Shown one piece after another: positions 8,471 through 18,740 of a stretch of 64,000 bases of DNA. The notes below the pieces were generated by a model that saw only the letters and a program-made list of their open reading frames with translations, did not search any database and had not been told where the DNA came from. Every line of letters begins with the position of its first letter. Position 1 is the stretch's first letter. The stretch spans positions 1,009 to 65,008 of the forward strand of contig DATIKJ010000051.1 in assembly GCA_035477615.1 (NCBI GenBank). The letters are read 5' to 3'. A program made the translations under genes and the position numbers. This DNA comes from Spirochaetia bacterium (GTDB lineage Bacteria > Patescibacteriota > Microgenomatia > UBA1400 > MFAQ01).

Positions 8471-10276
8471 ATGACCAAGTTTTTTACCAACATCAAAGAA
8501 TTTTCCCAAACATACTCTTCCACAGTCAAAATCGCTTGGGAAACAGATCGTTCTGTTTTTCTCAAAATATCCCTTGCCAACGCCTTAAATGGTGCTCTTG
8601 TCTACCCAAGTCTTTTAATTGCCAAACTTCTCATAGACTCAGTCATGATCTCCATTACCACTCATGATATCTCCACTGGTATGAAAGGTATGATTATCGC
8701 CGCTATTTTGGGTCTTCTAGTTGACAGAGTACAACAAATACTTCAAGAAATTGATAATGTCTACAGCGGCCAACTTTCCAATCTAATTTCCGAAAAAATC
8801 CAAGTATCCATATCAAGAAAATTAAACTTATTACCTGTATCTACCGCCGAAGACCCAAACACCAGAAACATTCTCCAAAAGGTTATCGACAATGCTGGCC
8901 GTTCTGTCTGGTCACTTATTATTCCTATCTCCACCCTTCCCGAACTCCTTCTTACTATCATCTCTACCGCAATTCCAATTATTACCTTCCAACCTCTGAT
9001 TATCATTCCTAGTATTATTCTTGCTATTCCCAACATTATCATCGGTGTCGGTCATTCTAAAGCCCAACACGCTCTCTCCACCGAGTTCTCTCCCAAATGG
9101 CGTGTCTGGAGTGCTTTAGAAGACTTTGCCACAAAGGGGCGTTTCTTATATGAAAACAAAATTCTAAGTCATGTCGAGATTCTTCTCAGTCGCCGTTTCA
9201 AACTTGCCAAAGAAATATTCGGTCGTCGCCAAAAACTTGGTGCAAATTTTGCCAAAAAACGCCAAATTGCTTCTCTTCCTCTCTCTGTATTTGAAACCGG
9301 CACTAAACTCTATCTCTATTACTTAGCTATTACTCAGACACTTACTCTTGGTACCGCTCAAATAACAAGCAACGCCATCAACCAATTTATCTCAAGTATC
9401 AGTCGTCTAATAAGACAAGCCAACGACATCTTTCAAAACTATCTTTTCATTAATGACTATGAAACATTTATGGCTCTTCCAGAAGAAAACCAAACCAAAG
9501 GTATCCACTTCCCCGATAAAATCAATCAAGGCATTGAGTTTCAGCACGTCTATTTCAAATACCCCAAATCAAAAAACTGGATATTAAATGATGTCTCTTT
9601 CAAAATAGATCCCGCCGACAATCTTGCTATCGTTGGCCAAAACGGCGCTGGTAAAACTACCCTTATCAAACTTCTTTGTCGTTTTTACGAACCCCAAAAA
9701 GGAATAATCTTAATCAATGGTAAAAACATTAATGATTACAACATCAAAGAATACCGTTTTAAATTCTCTGCTCTTTTTCAAGACTTTGCCCAGTATCCTT
9801 TTTCTGTCGAAGATAATATTCGCTTTGGTGATATCTCTCAAAAAAGAAGTCTCCGTAAAATAAAACAAGCCGCCATGCTCACCGGCATCACCAACTTCAT
9901 AGAAATGCTTCCATTAAAATACCAGAATCCTCTAGATAAAGAATTTAAGGATGGCGTTGAACCATCAAAAGGTCTGTGGCAAAGAGTGGCATTAGCTCGC
10001 ATCCTTTACCGTCCTTCAGAATTTCTTATCCTCGATGAACCAACTTCCAACGTCGACCCTCAATCTGAAGAAGAAATTTTTGAACAAGTTCTAAAAATCG
10101 CCAAAGAAAAAATTATTTTCCTTGTATCTCATCGCTTCTCCACCGTAAGAAAAGCCGATAAAATCTTAGTTCTCGAACACGGCACCGTCGTCGAACACGG
10201 CACACACCATGAACTAATGGCCAAAAATGGTCGTTACAAAGAATTATTTGATATTCAAGCCGAGAGTTTCCGCTAG
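8471..10276 (+). CDS. ABC exporter, fused permease/ATPase
   Basis: N-terminal TM domain, GQNGAGKT, ILDEPT, SHR; signature degenerate (PSKGLWQR). Confidence 0.92.
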   Translation: MTKFFTNIKEFSQTYSSTVKIAWETDRSVFLKISLANALNGALVYPSLLIAKLLIDSVMISITTHDISTGMKGMIIAAILGLLVDRVQQILQEIDNVYSGQLSNLISEKIQVSISRKLNLLPVSTAEDPNTRNILQKVIDNAGRSVWSLIIPISTLPELLLTIISTAIPIITFQPLIIIPSIILAIPNIIIGVGHSKAQHALSTEFSPKWRVWSALEDFATKGRFLYENKILSHVEILLSRRFKLAKEIFGRRQKLGANFAKKRQIASLPLSVFETGTKLYLYYLAITQTLTLGTAQITSNAINQFISSISRLIRQANDIFQNYLFINDYETFMALPEENQTKGIHFPDKINQGIEFQHVYFKYPKSKNWILNDVSFKIDPADNLAIVGQNGAGKTTLIKLLCRFYEPQKGIILINGKNINDYNIKEYRFKFSALFQDFAQYPFSVEDNIRFGDISQKRSLRKIKQAAMLTGITNFIEMLPLKYQNPLDKEFKDGVEPSKGLWQRVALARILYRPSEFLILDEPTSNVDPQSEEEIFEQVLKIAKEKIIFLVSHRFSTVRKADKILVLEHGTVVEHGTHHELMAKNGRYKELFDIQAESFR

Positions 10277-10774
10277 CTCTTTAATTATCTCGTCAAATTC
10301 ATCGTCGAGTTCTTTTATCTCTTCCTTACTTAACTTAGATAATACATAGTCTGCCCCGGTTCCATAGCTAATCCCAGGTTCCCTGTTATCAATTCCAATT
10401 CGAACTCTCAAAAAATCTTTTCTTCCCAAATACTGTTCTACAGATTTCAAGCCATTATGAACTTTAGGACCTACTTCAGTCTGAATCTTATACTCACCAA
10501 AGGCAATGTCCAAGTCGTCATGTACTACTACTACCTGATCAATTACCATTTTATAAAATCCCATTATTTTCCGTACCGCCCTTCCTGACTCATTCATATA
10601 AGTACTCGGCTTTGCCAAAATCAACTCACCTCTTTTCAACACCTCAGCCTCTTGTTTCCGATCAAGCCCAAATTTTTCCTTCCCTGCAAGCTTATTAACA
10701 AACAAAAATCCTGCGTTATGTCGCGTTTTTTCGTAATCTTCACCTGAATTTCCCAGTCCAACAATTAAATACAT
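10244..10774 (-). CDS. pth: Peptidyl-tRNA hydrolase
   Basis: LIVGLGN, TRHNAGF, YMNESG, VHDDLD, HNGLKS. Confidence 0.95.
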   Translation of the reverse strand: MYLIVGLGNSGEDYEKTRHNAGFLFVNKLAGKEKFGLDRKQEAEVLKRGELILAKPSTYMNESGRAVRKIMGFYKMVIDQVVVVHDDLDIAFGEYKIQTEVGPKVHNGLKSVEQYLGRKDFLRVRIGIDNREPGISYGTGADYVLSKLSKEEIKELDDEFDEIIKELAETLGLNIK

Positions 10775-10793
10775 ACTATAATTCTATCAGTCT

Positions 10794-11660
10794 ATGAATA
10801 AAGAACCGTTTTTCTCCATTGTCATTCCTTGCCTAAACGAGGAAAAATCTCTGCCCTTGCTACTCAAAGACCTATCCAATCAAACTCTCCAAGACTTCGA
10901 AGTTGTTGTTATCGATGGCCACTCCAAAGACAAAACGGTTGAAAAAGCCAACTCCTTTAATAAAAAACTACCTTTTCTTTCCATTCACACAAGCAAAATC
11001 CGCAATGTTTCAGTTCAAAGAAACATGGGTGGAGAAAAAGCTCGTGGAAAATTTTTACTATTCAATGACGCCGACAACCGCCTCCCTAAACACTTTCTTG
11101 AAGGAGTTAAATACCACATAAGTGTCAAACCATCCGATATGTTTACCACCTGGTGCCTTCCCGACTCAAACCGTAGATCTGATAAAGTAATTGCAACCAA
11201 CCTTAACCTCCTTACCGAAACTGGTTTTCTTCTCGGAAATCCCGGAGCTCTTGGCGCTATGATTGGTTGTCGTCGAAAGATATTTGGCAAAATTGGTGGT
11301 TTTAATCCTGAAATTTCTTTTGCTGAAGATACTGAATTTATCAGACAAGGATATCGTAAGGGTTACTCTTTTTCTATCATTCATGAACCTCGCTATGTGT
11401 ATTCTTTAAGACGTTTTCGAAAAATTGGCACTCTTAAGCTTCTCCAAAAATATGCAGTTCTCCATCTAAAAATAATGACAGATCAAAAAATCGATCAAAA
11501 AAAAGAGTATCCCATGGGAGGCAGTTATCTCAAAAAAGCCAAAACTACTTCAGATTTCTTCAAAAATCTCCAGTCTGTCTTTATCAAAAAAGCCCCAAAA
11601 AAGAAAATATACGACCAACTCAAAGCCCTCCTTAGTCTAGAAGAAAGTAAGCCTAGTTAA
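10794..11660 (+). CDS. Glycosyltransferase family 2
   Basis: SIVIPCLNE, D..S.D.T, DAD, AED motifs. Confidence 0.9.
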   Translation: MNKEPFFSIVIPCLNEEKSLPLLLKDLSNQTLQDFEVVVIDGHSKDKTVEKANSFNKKLPFLSIHTSKIRNVSVQRNMGGEKARGKFLLFNDADNRLPKHFLEGVKYHISVKPSDMFTTWCLPDSNRRSDKVIATNLNLLTETGFLLGNPGALGAMIGCRRKIFGKIGGFNPEISFAEDTEFIRQGYRKGYSFSIIHEPRYVYSLRRFRKIGTLKLLQKYAVLHLKIMTDQKIDQKKEYPMGGSYLKKAKTTSDFFKNLQSVFIKKAPKKKIYDQLKALLSLEESKPS

Positions 11661-12592
11661 GCAAACATAAACTGTAGCCCGATAAACATTAAATAAAAAC
11701 CAACCAATACAACTCCCTCCCATCTTTCCAGTTTTCGTTTTGACTTTGTAAAAAGCCAAAACAGACCTAAAATAATTACCAAAAACATTCCTGACAGACC
11801 TCGCTGCAATGACTCATGCATTACTATCGGAGTTATCAACGCTACCACTCCCAAAATCACTGTTGAGTTAATCACTACACTTCCCAGTAAATCAGGTAAA
11901 ACCAAACTCGCTCTATGCTTCTTACGAGAAAATGAAAGCAATAACAACTCTGGTAACGTAGTTCCGAAAGCAATCAGTATCAAACCCATCCAAAACCAAC
12001 TCACTCCCCACACTGCTGCAACTCCAACAGCAATTTGTACCAACTGCCAAGAACAAACAGACATAATAATTATCCCTAAAACTAACATAACTACCAAACC
12101 CCACCTTTCATGACTATTTATTTTCTTCTTTGATGATTTAATTACCATCTTTTCATTTGACAAATAGAAAGCATAAATAAAATACAACACTACCAAAATT
12201 CCACCTTCAATCCTCGAAATTACACCATCAAACAACATAGCAAACGGCATTAAAGAAATACCAACTGTCACCCACAAATCTCTTTTTAAATACTCTCCCA
12301 CAATCGGTATCACCGAAGCCAAAATCGCCAAACCTCCAATAATCAAACTCAAATTTGCCATACTGGCTCCCACTACCATCCCCAAAGCCATCTGTGGTTT
12401 TCCGTCCAAAGCTGCCGCAATTCCTACAAAAAGTTCTGGTAAGGCCAACGAAAAACCAACCAAAATCGAAATCACCCTATTTTTTTTGAATGGTAAATGA
12501 GAAACAAACCTTTCAAAAACATCCACCACCACTCCGGAAGACAAAACAATCAAAATCAAGAGTATCAATCCAACAAAAATATTCCAAACCAT
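11657..12592 (-). CDS. Ca2+/Na+ antiporter (CaCA, YrbG-like)
   Basis: Two alpha repeats, SLALPE and GTTLPE; about 10 TM helices. Confidence 0.88.
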   Translation of the reverse strand: MVWNIFVGLILLILIVLSSGVVVDVFERFVSHLPFKKNRVISILVGFSLALPELFVGIAAALDGKPQMALGMVVGASMANLSLIIGGLAILASVIPIVGEYLKRDLWVTVGISLMPFAMLFDGVISRIEGGILVVLYFIYAFYLSNEKMVIKSSKKKINSHERWGLVVMLVLGIIIMSVCSWQLVQIAVGVAAVWGVSWFWMGLILIAFGTTLPELLLLSFSRKKHRASLVLPDLLGSVVINSTVILGVVALITPIVMHESLQRGLSGMFLVIILGLFWLFTKSKRKLERWEGVVLVGFYLMFIGLQFMFA

Positions 12593-12658
12593 AATTTATT
12601 CTAACATCGATTAATTTTAAATAGTTTAAAAAGATAAATTAAGATATACTTCTTTCAT

Positions 12659-13303
12659 ATGGATCAAATTCTTCAAAGTATACTTGATATGGTCAAAACA
12701 CATGGCTCTCTTGCCATGTTAGTCGGTGGAATCACCGAACAAATAATTGTCCCCATCCCCTCACCAATTATCTCTATGTCTGGTGGAGCTTTTTTGATTT
12801 CCCCCAATAATCATTTTTTCCAATCTTTATTAGATATCATTCTCAAAGTTTCCCTTCCATACTCAATTGGAGCTGTACTAGGAACCAGTCTGATTTTCCT
12901 AATTGCCTTTTTTGGAGGACAACCAATAATTGACAAGTTTGGAAAATATGTCGGTATAAAATGGTCGCTTATAGAAAAAATTAAGGCAGATTTTAAAAAG
13001 ACCATATCAGACGAGTTATTTATTCTTATAGCAATTTCAATTCCTGTTGTTCCTGTTTCACTTATAACTGCTTTTTGTGGTGGTTTTCGAATAAAACCAA
13101 TTAAATTTTATCCTCTAGCTTTTTTAGCCCTAATAATTCGCTCTACCATACTAGGATTTCTTGGTTTCAAGATGGGAGAAGCTTTTACCGAGATAGCAAA
13201 CGGACTAGATAAAATTGAAAGTATCTTAACTGTCGTTATTGCTGTTCTGGTTCTTGGTTTCCTTTTTCTTCAAAGAGAAAAATGGCTCAAGAAGAACAGT
13301 TAG
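12659..13303 (+). CDS. DedA/VTT-family membrane protein
   Basis: EQIIVPIPSP, GG..IIDKFGKYVG pattern. Confidence 0.8.
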   Translation: MDQILQSILDMVKTHGSLAMLVGGITEQIIVPIPSPIISMSGGAFLISPNNHFFQSLLDIILKVSLPYSIGAVLGTSLIFLIAFFGGQPIIDKFGKYVGIKWSLIEKIKADFKKTISDELFILIAISIPVVPVSLITAFCGGFRIKPIKFYPLAFLALIIRSTILGFLGFKMGEAFTEIANGLDKIESILTVVIAVLVLGFLFLQREKWLKKNS

Positions 13304-15002
13304 ATATCTTCGCTATCTCTTCAACCTCTTTCCAGGTTGTCGATTGATCAGCTCTCTTATCCTCACGGAATCGAACTAGACGAGGAAAGCGCAAAGCTAT
13401 TCCCCCAGCATGTACATTACTAATAGTTATTTCATCTGCTGCCACTTCCACCACCACCCTAGGTTCTACCCAAACATCTGCCAAAAGTGTCCCTTCAACC
13501 AAATAATTTTTTGGTTTTTCTTTTAACTCTATCCCATCAAGTTTCTTTCTCAAACTCCTAAACTCATCATCAGTCAATCCTGTACCAATCTTAGCCAAAC
13601 TAACCCAAGACTCGCCTTTTTTTAGTCCCACCAAAAAAGCCCCAATTCCAAAACCAACTCTTTTTCCTCTTCCGTAGTAATATCCTAAAATCACCAAATC
13701 CAAAGTATCCGACAATTTACCCGATGTTCCCTCCACTTCTTTTATTTTTACCCAGTTCCATCCTTGTCTTCCTGGCAAATATCTACCATCCCACACTTTT
13801 AACACTGCTCCCTCAAAACCCTCACTCAAATATTTCTCATGTAATTTCTTTACCTCATCTGGATTACTAGTTCTCACAAACTCATCAACCACTATCGTCT
13901 CGTTAGACTTAACTACGTTTTCCAGTATTTCTCTTCTCTCAAAATATGGTTTATCTATCAAACTCTCACCATTTTTACTCAAAATATCAAACAGAAAAAA
14001 TCTCATCGGCACCAACTCCGCTGCATCGGCAATATTATGTTTTCGTTTTCGTGTCATTGTCATCTGAAAAGGTAACACTTTCCCTGTCTTTCTTTCATAC
14101 CCTGCCGCCTCACAATCCATGATCACTTCATCTGCTTCAATCCATTTACCCATTTCCATAAGCTCAGGAAACATCCAACTATTTTCTTCCAAATTTCTTG
14201 TATATGTTTTAATTTCATTCTTTAATCTATTAAAGTGAATCTGCAATCGTGTTCCGTCATACTTTCTCTCCACTGCCACATCCTTCATCTTATCTACAAT
14301 CTCTCCGTATTCATTTAGTCTCTGACATAAAGCCGGCACAACCGGCACCCCCACTTCCACCTTAATATCTCTCAAACCAGTCATCCCTTTTTCCTTAAAC
14401 ATTTTTGTTATCAGTCCCGGATCAGGATAAATCTGGAATACGGAGTCCAACTCTTTTCTCAAAGTCTTATTTCCGTTTTCTATCTGTGATAATGCATCAA
14501 AAACTGTCTTTGCAGAAAATCCCAAACGCAGTCTTCCAACAACCATTCTAGAAATATACTTTCTCTCTAAAGCACTCACTTCTAGTAAAATCTCTGATAA
14601 TTTGTTTACTTTTCTATCTTGACTTCCCAGACCCCCATCCTCAGCAATCAAAAGTAAATAATCATAGACCTCTATTAAACTATGATTTTCCCTCTTTTCA
14701 TTTTGAAAAGGTAGCTTTTCAAGCAATACTCCCAAATCTCCAATTTTTTTATAATCATTCATCACCTCTTCAGTTGATATTCCAGCACCTTGAGAAATTG
14801 CCCTAATAACCATCTTAACCGCCATTCCAAATTCCTTATTAGCAAAGTCAGGTCCTAGTTGTCCCAATACCAGATAGATTCCTTTATTTATTTCAGCTGT
14901 ATTCATTTTTTCGATCAGCTCCGCCAACACATCAGTAATGGCCAATCTCGAAGATATCTTTTCCAATTTTTCTAGATACTCGGCAAATTCCTTAAACAGC
15001 AT
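13287..15002 (-). CDS. lig: ATP-dependent DNA ligase (archaeal/eukaryotic type)
   Basis: ERKYDGTR, EGAVLK, WVKIK, LRFPR; start moved to MLFKE, 6 nt after TACAAT. Confidence 0.92.
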   Translation of the reverse strand: MLFKEFAEYLEKLEKISSRLAITDVLAELIEKMNTAEINKGIYLVLGQLGPDFANKEFGMAVKMVIRAISQGAGISTEEVMNDYKKIGDLGVLLEKLPFQNEKRENHSLIEVYDYLLLIAEDGGLGSQDRKVNKLSEILLEVSALERKYISRMVVGRLRLGFSAKTVFDALSQIENGNKTLRKELDSVFQIYPDPGLITKMFKEKGMTGLRDIKVEVGVPVVPALCQRLNEYGEIVDKMKDVAVERKYDGTRLQIHFNRLKNEIKTYTRNLEENSWMFPELMEMGKWIEADEVIMDCEAAGYERKTGKVLPFQMTMTRKRKHNIADAAELVPMRFFLFDILSKNGESLIDKPYFERREILENVVKSNETIVVDEFVRTSNPDEVKKLHEKYLSEGFEGAVLKVWDGRYLPGRQGWNWVKIKEVEGTSGKLSDTLDLVILGYYYGRGKRVGFGIGAFLVGLKKGESWVSLAKIGTGLTDDEFRSLRKKLDGIELKEKPKNYLVEGTLLADVWVEPRVVVEVAADEITISNVHAGGIALRFPRLVRFREDKRADQSTTWKEVEEIAKISNCSS

Positions 15003-15083
15003 ACTCACATTGTAACTCACACAAATCGGTATAAATACTTGATTCCAGAAATTAGATTTTTTCTCTTTCCGTTTGGCGTTTAG

Positions 15084-15212
15084 TATTTTTGACAATGAGT
15101 CGCAGTCCATCGTTTTCTTGACATTCAGGCTACTGCCCGCGACGCTACGCGATGAGCGGCTAGAGTCAAGAAAACAGGAATCGACGGTCACCGAAGGTGA
15201 CGTCACAAAATA
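15084..15212. repeat. Structured GC-rich intergenic palindromic element
   Basis: GTTTTCTTGAC(15112-15122)/GTCAAGAAAAC(15165-15175); GTCAC-cGAAg-GTGAC (15187-15201); outer TATTTTTGAC/GTCACAAAATA. Confidence 0.6.
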
Positions 15213-15268
15213 ATAAATGACAAAAGAGGAAAAGAGAAATAATCAATATCTTCCATAAAAGTACTACT

Positions 15269-16369
15269 TTATTTAAATCCCTTCACCCTCCCCAGCACAT
15301 ACACCGCTCCTTTTGTTTTTCCCTTCTTCCTTAGTAGTTTTTTTAAAATCAAATCTTTAATATCGCGCAAAATAGTATCATCAGAAACCATTGGCAGTAT
15401 TCCTCTAATCTCTTTAATTGTCATTTCCCCCTGAATTGTCATCTCTTCCATAATTGTAATTTCTCTTTCTGAAAGAGAAATTACTTTGCCCACTTCAGAC
15501 TTAAATACTGGTCGGTCACCAACTAAATTCATTATTTTTACTCTTGTCTTTTCTGCCGATTCCGATAAGGTTTTTGTAAAATACTCCAACCATCCAGTTA
15601 AATCTTCACTATCCACTGTCTGAGAAAATATTTCTCCAAATCTCGATTTATTTTTTAACAAATCTTCTTCAAAAGGCCACATCTCCTTCATTCCATAACC
15701 ATCGTTAGCCATAGTCAAACTTGAAAAAAATAAGCTTGCGCTCAGGTTATTTTCTTCAAAAGGTCTTATTCTCATAATCTCAAATAATACTATCCCCGCC
15801 TTAATCACTGAATGAATATCCGATTTTGAAACACTCTTAAACCATGAAAACAAATCTTCCATCTGATAACTCACCTCAATTGGTGCTGGAGACTTAATTT
15901 CTGGATATTCTAGACTGTCTTTTCCCCGATACTCCCCAAGAGAGTTTGAACACACAACTCGCTCACCTAAAAGAGAATTTATTGTCTTCAAATCTTTCTC
16001 TCCAAATATCTCTTGTTTAAACTTTTTGGTTAAATAGGCAGTTTGACTCACCAAACGATACGAATTCAGCCAGTTAATTGCTTTCTGAACATCTTTTTCT
16101 TTGGCTACTACTCCAATTCGAAGAGCTACCTGTGTTGGTTTATCGTCCCTTCCAGGATCATCTTTCACAATCTTCGATATATCATCAATATCAAGTTGAC
16201 AATCCAAATAGTGCAACACACTGTAAGCTCTTTTAGAAAGACACTCTAATTTAATTTTTGTCTCCCAATCAACTTGCAATGGCGCCAAATCAGCCACCAA
16301 TACCGCTTTTTCAAGCTCAATTAAGTTGTTTACTATTCTGTTAGAAAATATAAATTGAGGACTAAACAC
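15269..16369 (-). CDS. Fic-domain protein with degenerate motif and C-terminal winged HTH
   Basis: IRPFEENNLSAS in place of HPFxDGNGR; DTILRDIKDL..K.LLRKKG.TKGAVY wHTH. Confidence 0.8.
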   Translation of the reverse strand: MFSPQFIFSNRIVNNLIELEKAVLVADLAPLQVDWETKIKLECLSKRAYSVLHYLDCQLDIDDISKIVKDDPGRDDKPTQVALRIGVVAKEKDVQKAINWLNSYRLVSQTAYLTKKFKQEIFGEKDLKTINSLLGERVVCSNSLGEYRGKDSLEYPEIKSPAPIEVSYQMEDLFSWFKSVSKSDIHSVIKAGIVLFEIMRIRPFEENNLSASLFFSSLTMANDGYGMKEMWPFEEDLLKNKSRFGEIFSQTVDSEDLTGWLEYFTKTLSESAEKTRVKIMNLVGDRPVFKSEVGKVISLSEREITIMEEMTIQGEMTIKEIRGILPMVSDDTILRDIKDLILKKLLRKKGKTKGAVYVLGRVKGFK

Positions 16370-16398
16370 ATCATTATTTTCGCATCATTTGCGGAAAA

Positions 16399-17265
16399 TC
16401 ACAACTTCTTCATCAAACTTCCATATATTTCAGGCACAATCTCTACCAAATCATCAGCATTAAACATAAAACCTCGAGTCTCTGCCAATCTCTCAGCTGC
16501 CTTTTTAATAAGTAAGGTGGCCGCACTCACCGAAAACAGTCGCTCATTTTTTGCCATCAACCCTACGGTTAATCCAGCAATTATGTCTCCTATTCCTCCT
16601 TTTACTAATCCGCTATTTCCTCCTTCAATCGACCAGGTTTCTTTTCCATCACTCGCTATCGATATCGTATCCTTAGTTAAAATTACTAACTCATACTTCT
16701 TCGCAAAATTATAGATTTGTTTGCATCTTTCTTCGATATCCTCTTTTAACTTTTCTCCAAACATCATCTCAAATTCTTTTCCGTTTGGCGTTACTACCGC
16801 ACCTTTTGGAATATCCGTCACCTCCACCACTTGCAAAGTTCCTCCGTCAATCACCCAATTTTTATCAGGATATTTTTCAAATAACTCCACACTCATTTTT
16901 CGTGTTTCGTTTCCTTCTGTATCACAAGCAAATCCTTGTTCTTTTGAATGACTTCTCATTAATCCTGGTCCGATAAGTATCGCGTCAGACTTAGCTACAT
17001 AGCTATCTAATTCATTTCTATCTACCCAAATAAAACTTGATAGTCCTGCCTTAATTTTTTCTGCCACCCCTTTATCTTCAATTGGGCTGGAAAAATAAGT
17101 CATACTTACCATTCTTGATGCCGCCTTCAACGCCAATATTGGTGCTCCATGAAACAATTTGCTTCCACCAATTATCGTAACCTGCCCCATCGAGTACTTA
17201 TCCCCAACATCTTTAAACGTTTTACTCTCGGCAAATTTTGTTTCATCAAATTTCTTCAATTCCAT
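16399..17265 (-). CDS. nnrD: NAD(P)H-hydrate dehydratase
   Basis: IIGGS..FHGAP.LA, IGPGL, GG.GDIIAG; start moved to MELKK. Confidence 0.85.
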   Translation of the reverse strand: MELKKFDETKFAESKTFKDVGDKYSMGQVTIIGGSKLFHGAPILALKAASRMVSMTYFSSPIEDKGVAEKIKAGLSSFIWVDRNELDSYVAKSDAILIGPGLMRSHSKEQGFACDTEGNETRKMSVELFEKYPDKNWVIDGGTLQVVEVTDIPKGAVVTPNGKEFEMMFGEKLKEDIEERCKQIYNFAKKYELVILTKDTISIASDGKETWSIEGGNSGLVKGGIGDIIAGLTVGLMAKNERLFSVSAATLLIKKAAERLAETRGFMFNADDLVEIVPEIYGSLMKKL

Positions 17266-17296
17266 ACACTGAGTATACAAGTGATAAACTCAAATT

Positions 17297-17566
17297 ATGA
17301 AGAAACTTAAGAAAAAGCCAGTTAGTAAACTCTCCCAAGAAATTGCCATTCAAACTCTTACACTTGTTTCTTCTGCCCTCGGTCTTGTAGCAGCTCTAGC
17401 CTGGAACGAAGCCATCACTGAATACATCAATATTTACATCAAACCACACCTTGCCAAAGGCTCAGGAGTTATCTCTCTTTTTATCTATGCCATCTTTATT
17501 ACTGCTATTACCGTAATGGTTGCCCTCCAAATGGCTAAGATTAAAAAGAGGTTGGGACCTAAGTAA
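17297..17566 (+). CDS. Small two-TM membrane protein
   Basis: SALGLVAALAWNEAI motif; start 6 nt after TAAACT. Confidence 0.75.
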   Translation: MKKLKKKPVSKLSQEIAIQTLTLVSSALGLVAALAWNEAITEYINIYIKPHLAKGSGVISLFIYAIFITAITVMVALQMAKIKKRLGPK

Positions 17567-18611
17567 GCTTAACAATCTCTGCTTTTTTAAACATTAAAAT
17601 ATCCTCCCGGTCCGCAGTTGTCACCACTACTTGTCTACCCTCCATCACTCTAAGCACTTCCTGCTTGTGTACCTCATCTAGTTCAGAAAATATATCATCC
17701 AGTAGTAAAGTTGCTTTTTTCTTTCCCCTTTCCTCCAGAAAATATATCTCTCCCATTTTGAGGGCCAACACTGCCATTCTTTGTTCTCCCCTTGAACCAT
17801 AAGTCAGTAAATCTCTTGTCCCTTCTTTAATTACCAAATCATCTTTATGTGGACCAACCAGGGTATAGCCCACTGCCACCTCAGCCTCTGCATACTGACT
17901 CAGTCTTCCTTCACTGATTACACTTACGTCATAAATAATTTTTAGACTCTTAAACAACTCGCTTTTTTCAAATAATCCATTAATAAAATCCACCAACTCC
18001 CGTCTTTTGTCCTGAACTACCTGTCCATGCTTTATCAAAAGTCCATCCCAAAATGTTAGGGAATATCTACTCGCTGTCCCATCTCTTACTGCATCTAATA
18101 TTTTATTTCTTCTTCTTAGAGCTTGTTCATAAGTACTCAAACTTTGTTCATACTCCCTATCCACTTGAATCATTAATCTATCCAAAAATTTCCGTCTCAC
18201 ATCAGGCGATCCGCTTATAAGCTCTATATCCTCAGGTCGAAATAATACCAATGGTAAAAAACCTAAAATATCTTTTCGTCGTCTCGACACTCCATCCACT
18301 AGATACTTTCTTTTATTAACTACCTTTCCCATTACCATTCCTCCGTTTACTACCACCTCCAAAGTCATTGTATCTTTCTTTGACAAAGTAACCTCACCTG
18401 ATACTCGTCCCAGCTCTTGCTCAAAACGCACCATTTCTTCTGTTCTTTTTGCTCTAAAACTTTCTCCCACTCCCAGTAAATAAATCGCTTCCAACAAATT
18501 TGTCTTTCCTTTGGCGTTCTCTCCGGCAATCACCGTCACTCCACTAGAAAACTTAATCGATTTATTTTCGTAGTTTCTAAAATCAGATAATGTAATGCTC
18601 GTCAGTCCCAC
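17559..18611 (-). CDS. recF: DNA repair protein RecF
   Basis: DFRNY, GENAKGKTNLLEAI, GPHKDD, GSRGEQR, LLLDDIFSELD. Confidence 0.95.
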   Translation of the reverse strand: MGLTSITLSDFRNYENKSIKFSSGVTVIAGENAKGKTNLLEAIYLLGVGESFRAKRTEEMVRFEQELGRVSGEVTLSKKDTMTLEVVVNGGMVMGKVVNKRKYLVDGVSRRRKDILGFLPLVLFRPEDIELISGSPDVRRKFLDRLMIQVDREYEQSLSTYEQALRRRNKILDAVRDGTASRYSLTFWDGLLIKHGQVVQDKRRELVDFINGLFEKSELFKSLKIIYDVSVISEGRLSQYAEAEVAVGYTLVGPHKDDLVIKEGTRDLLTYGSRGEQRMAVLALKMGEIYFLEERGKKKATLLLDDIFSELDEVHKQEVLRVMEGRQVVVTTADREDILMFKKAEIVKLT

Positions 18612-18626
18612 GTCTATATTCTAGCA

Positions 18627-18740
18627 TCGTAATTAAGTGAACAAAGTGAATGAATTACGAGCGAATATAAGAGGAAGCGCAGGAATAACATTTCCATAAT
18701 GAATATTATGGAAAGGGTGACGAGCAAGCTCTTATATTTG
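18627..18740. repeat. Double-hairpin intergenic palindromic element
   Basis: TCGTAATT/AATTACGA; CGAATATAAGAG/CTCTTATATTTG enclosing TTTCCATAAT-GAAT-ATTATGGAAA. Confidence 0.6.

Noticed and set aside
15003-15206. N-terminal extension of the DNA ligase
   Set aside because: Runs through the palindromic element; homology and the -10 spacing point to the ATG at 15002
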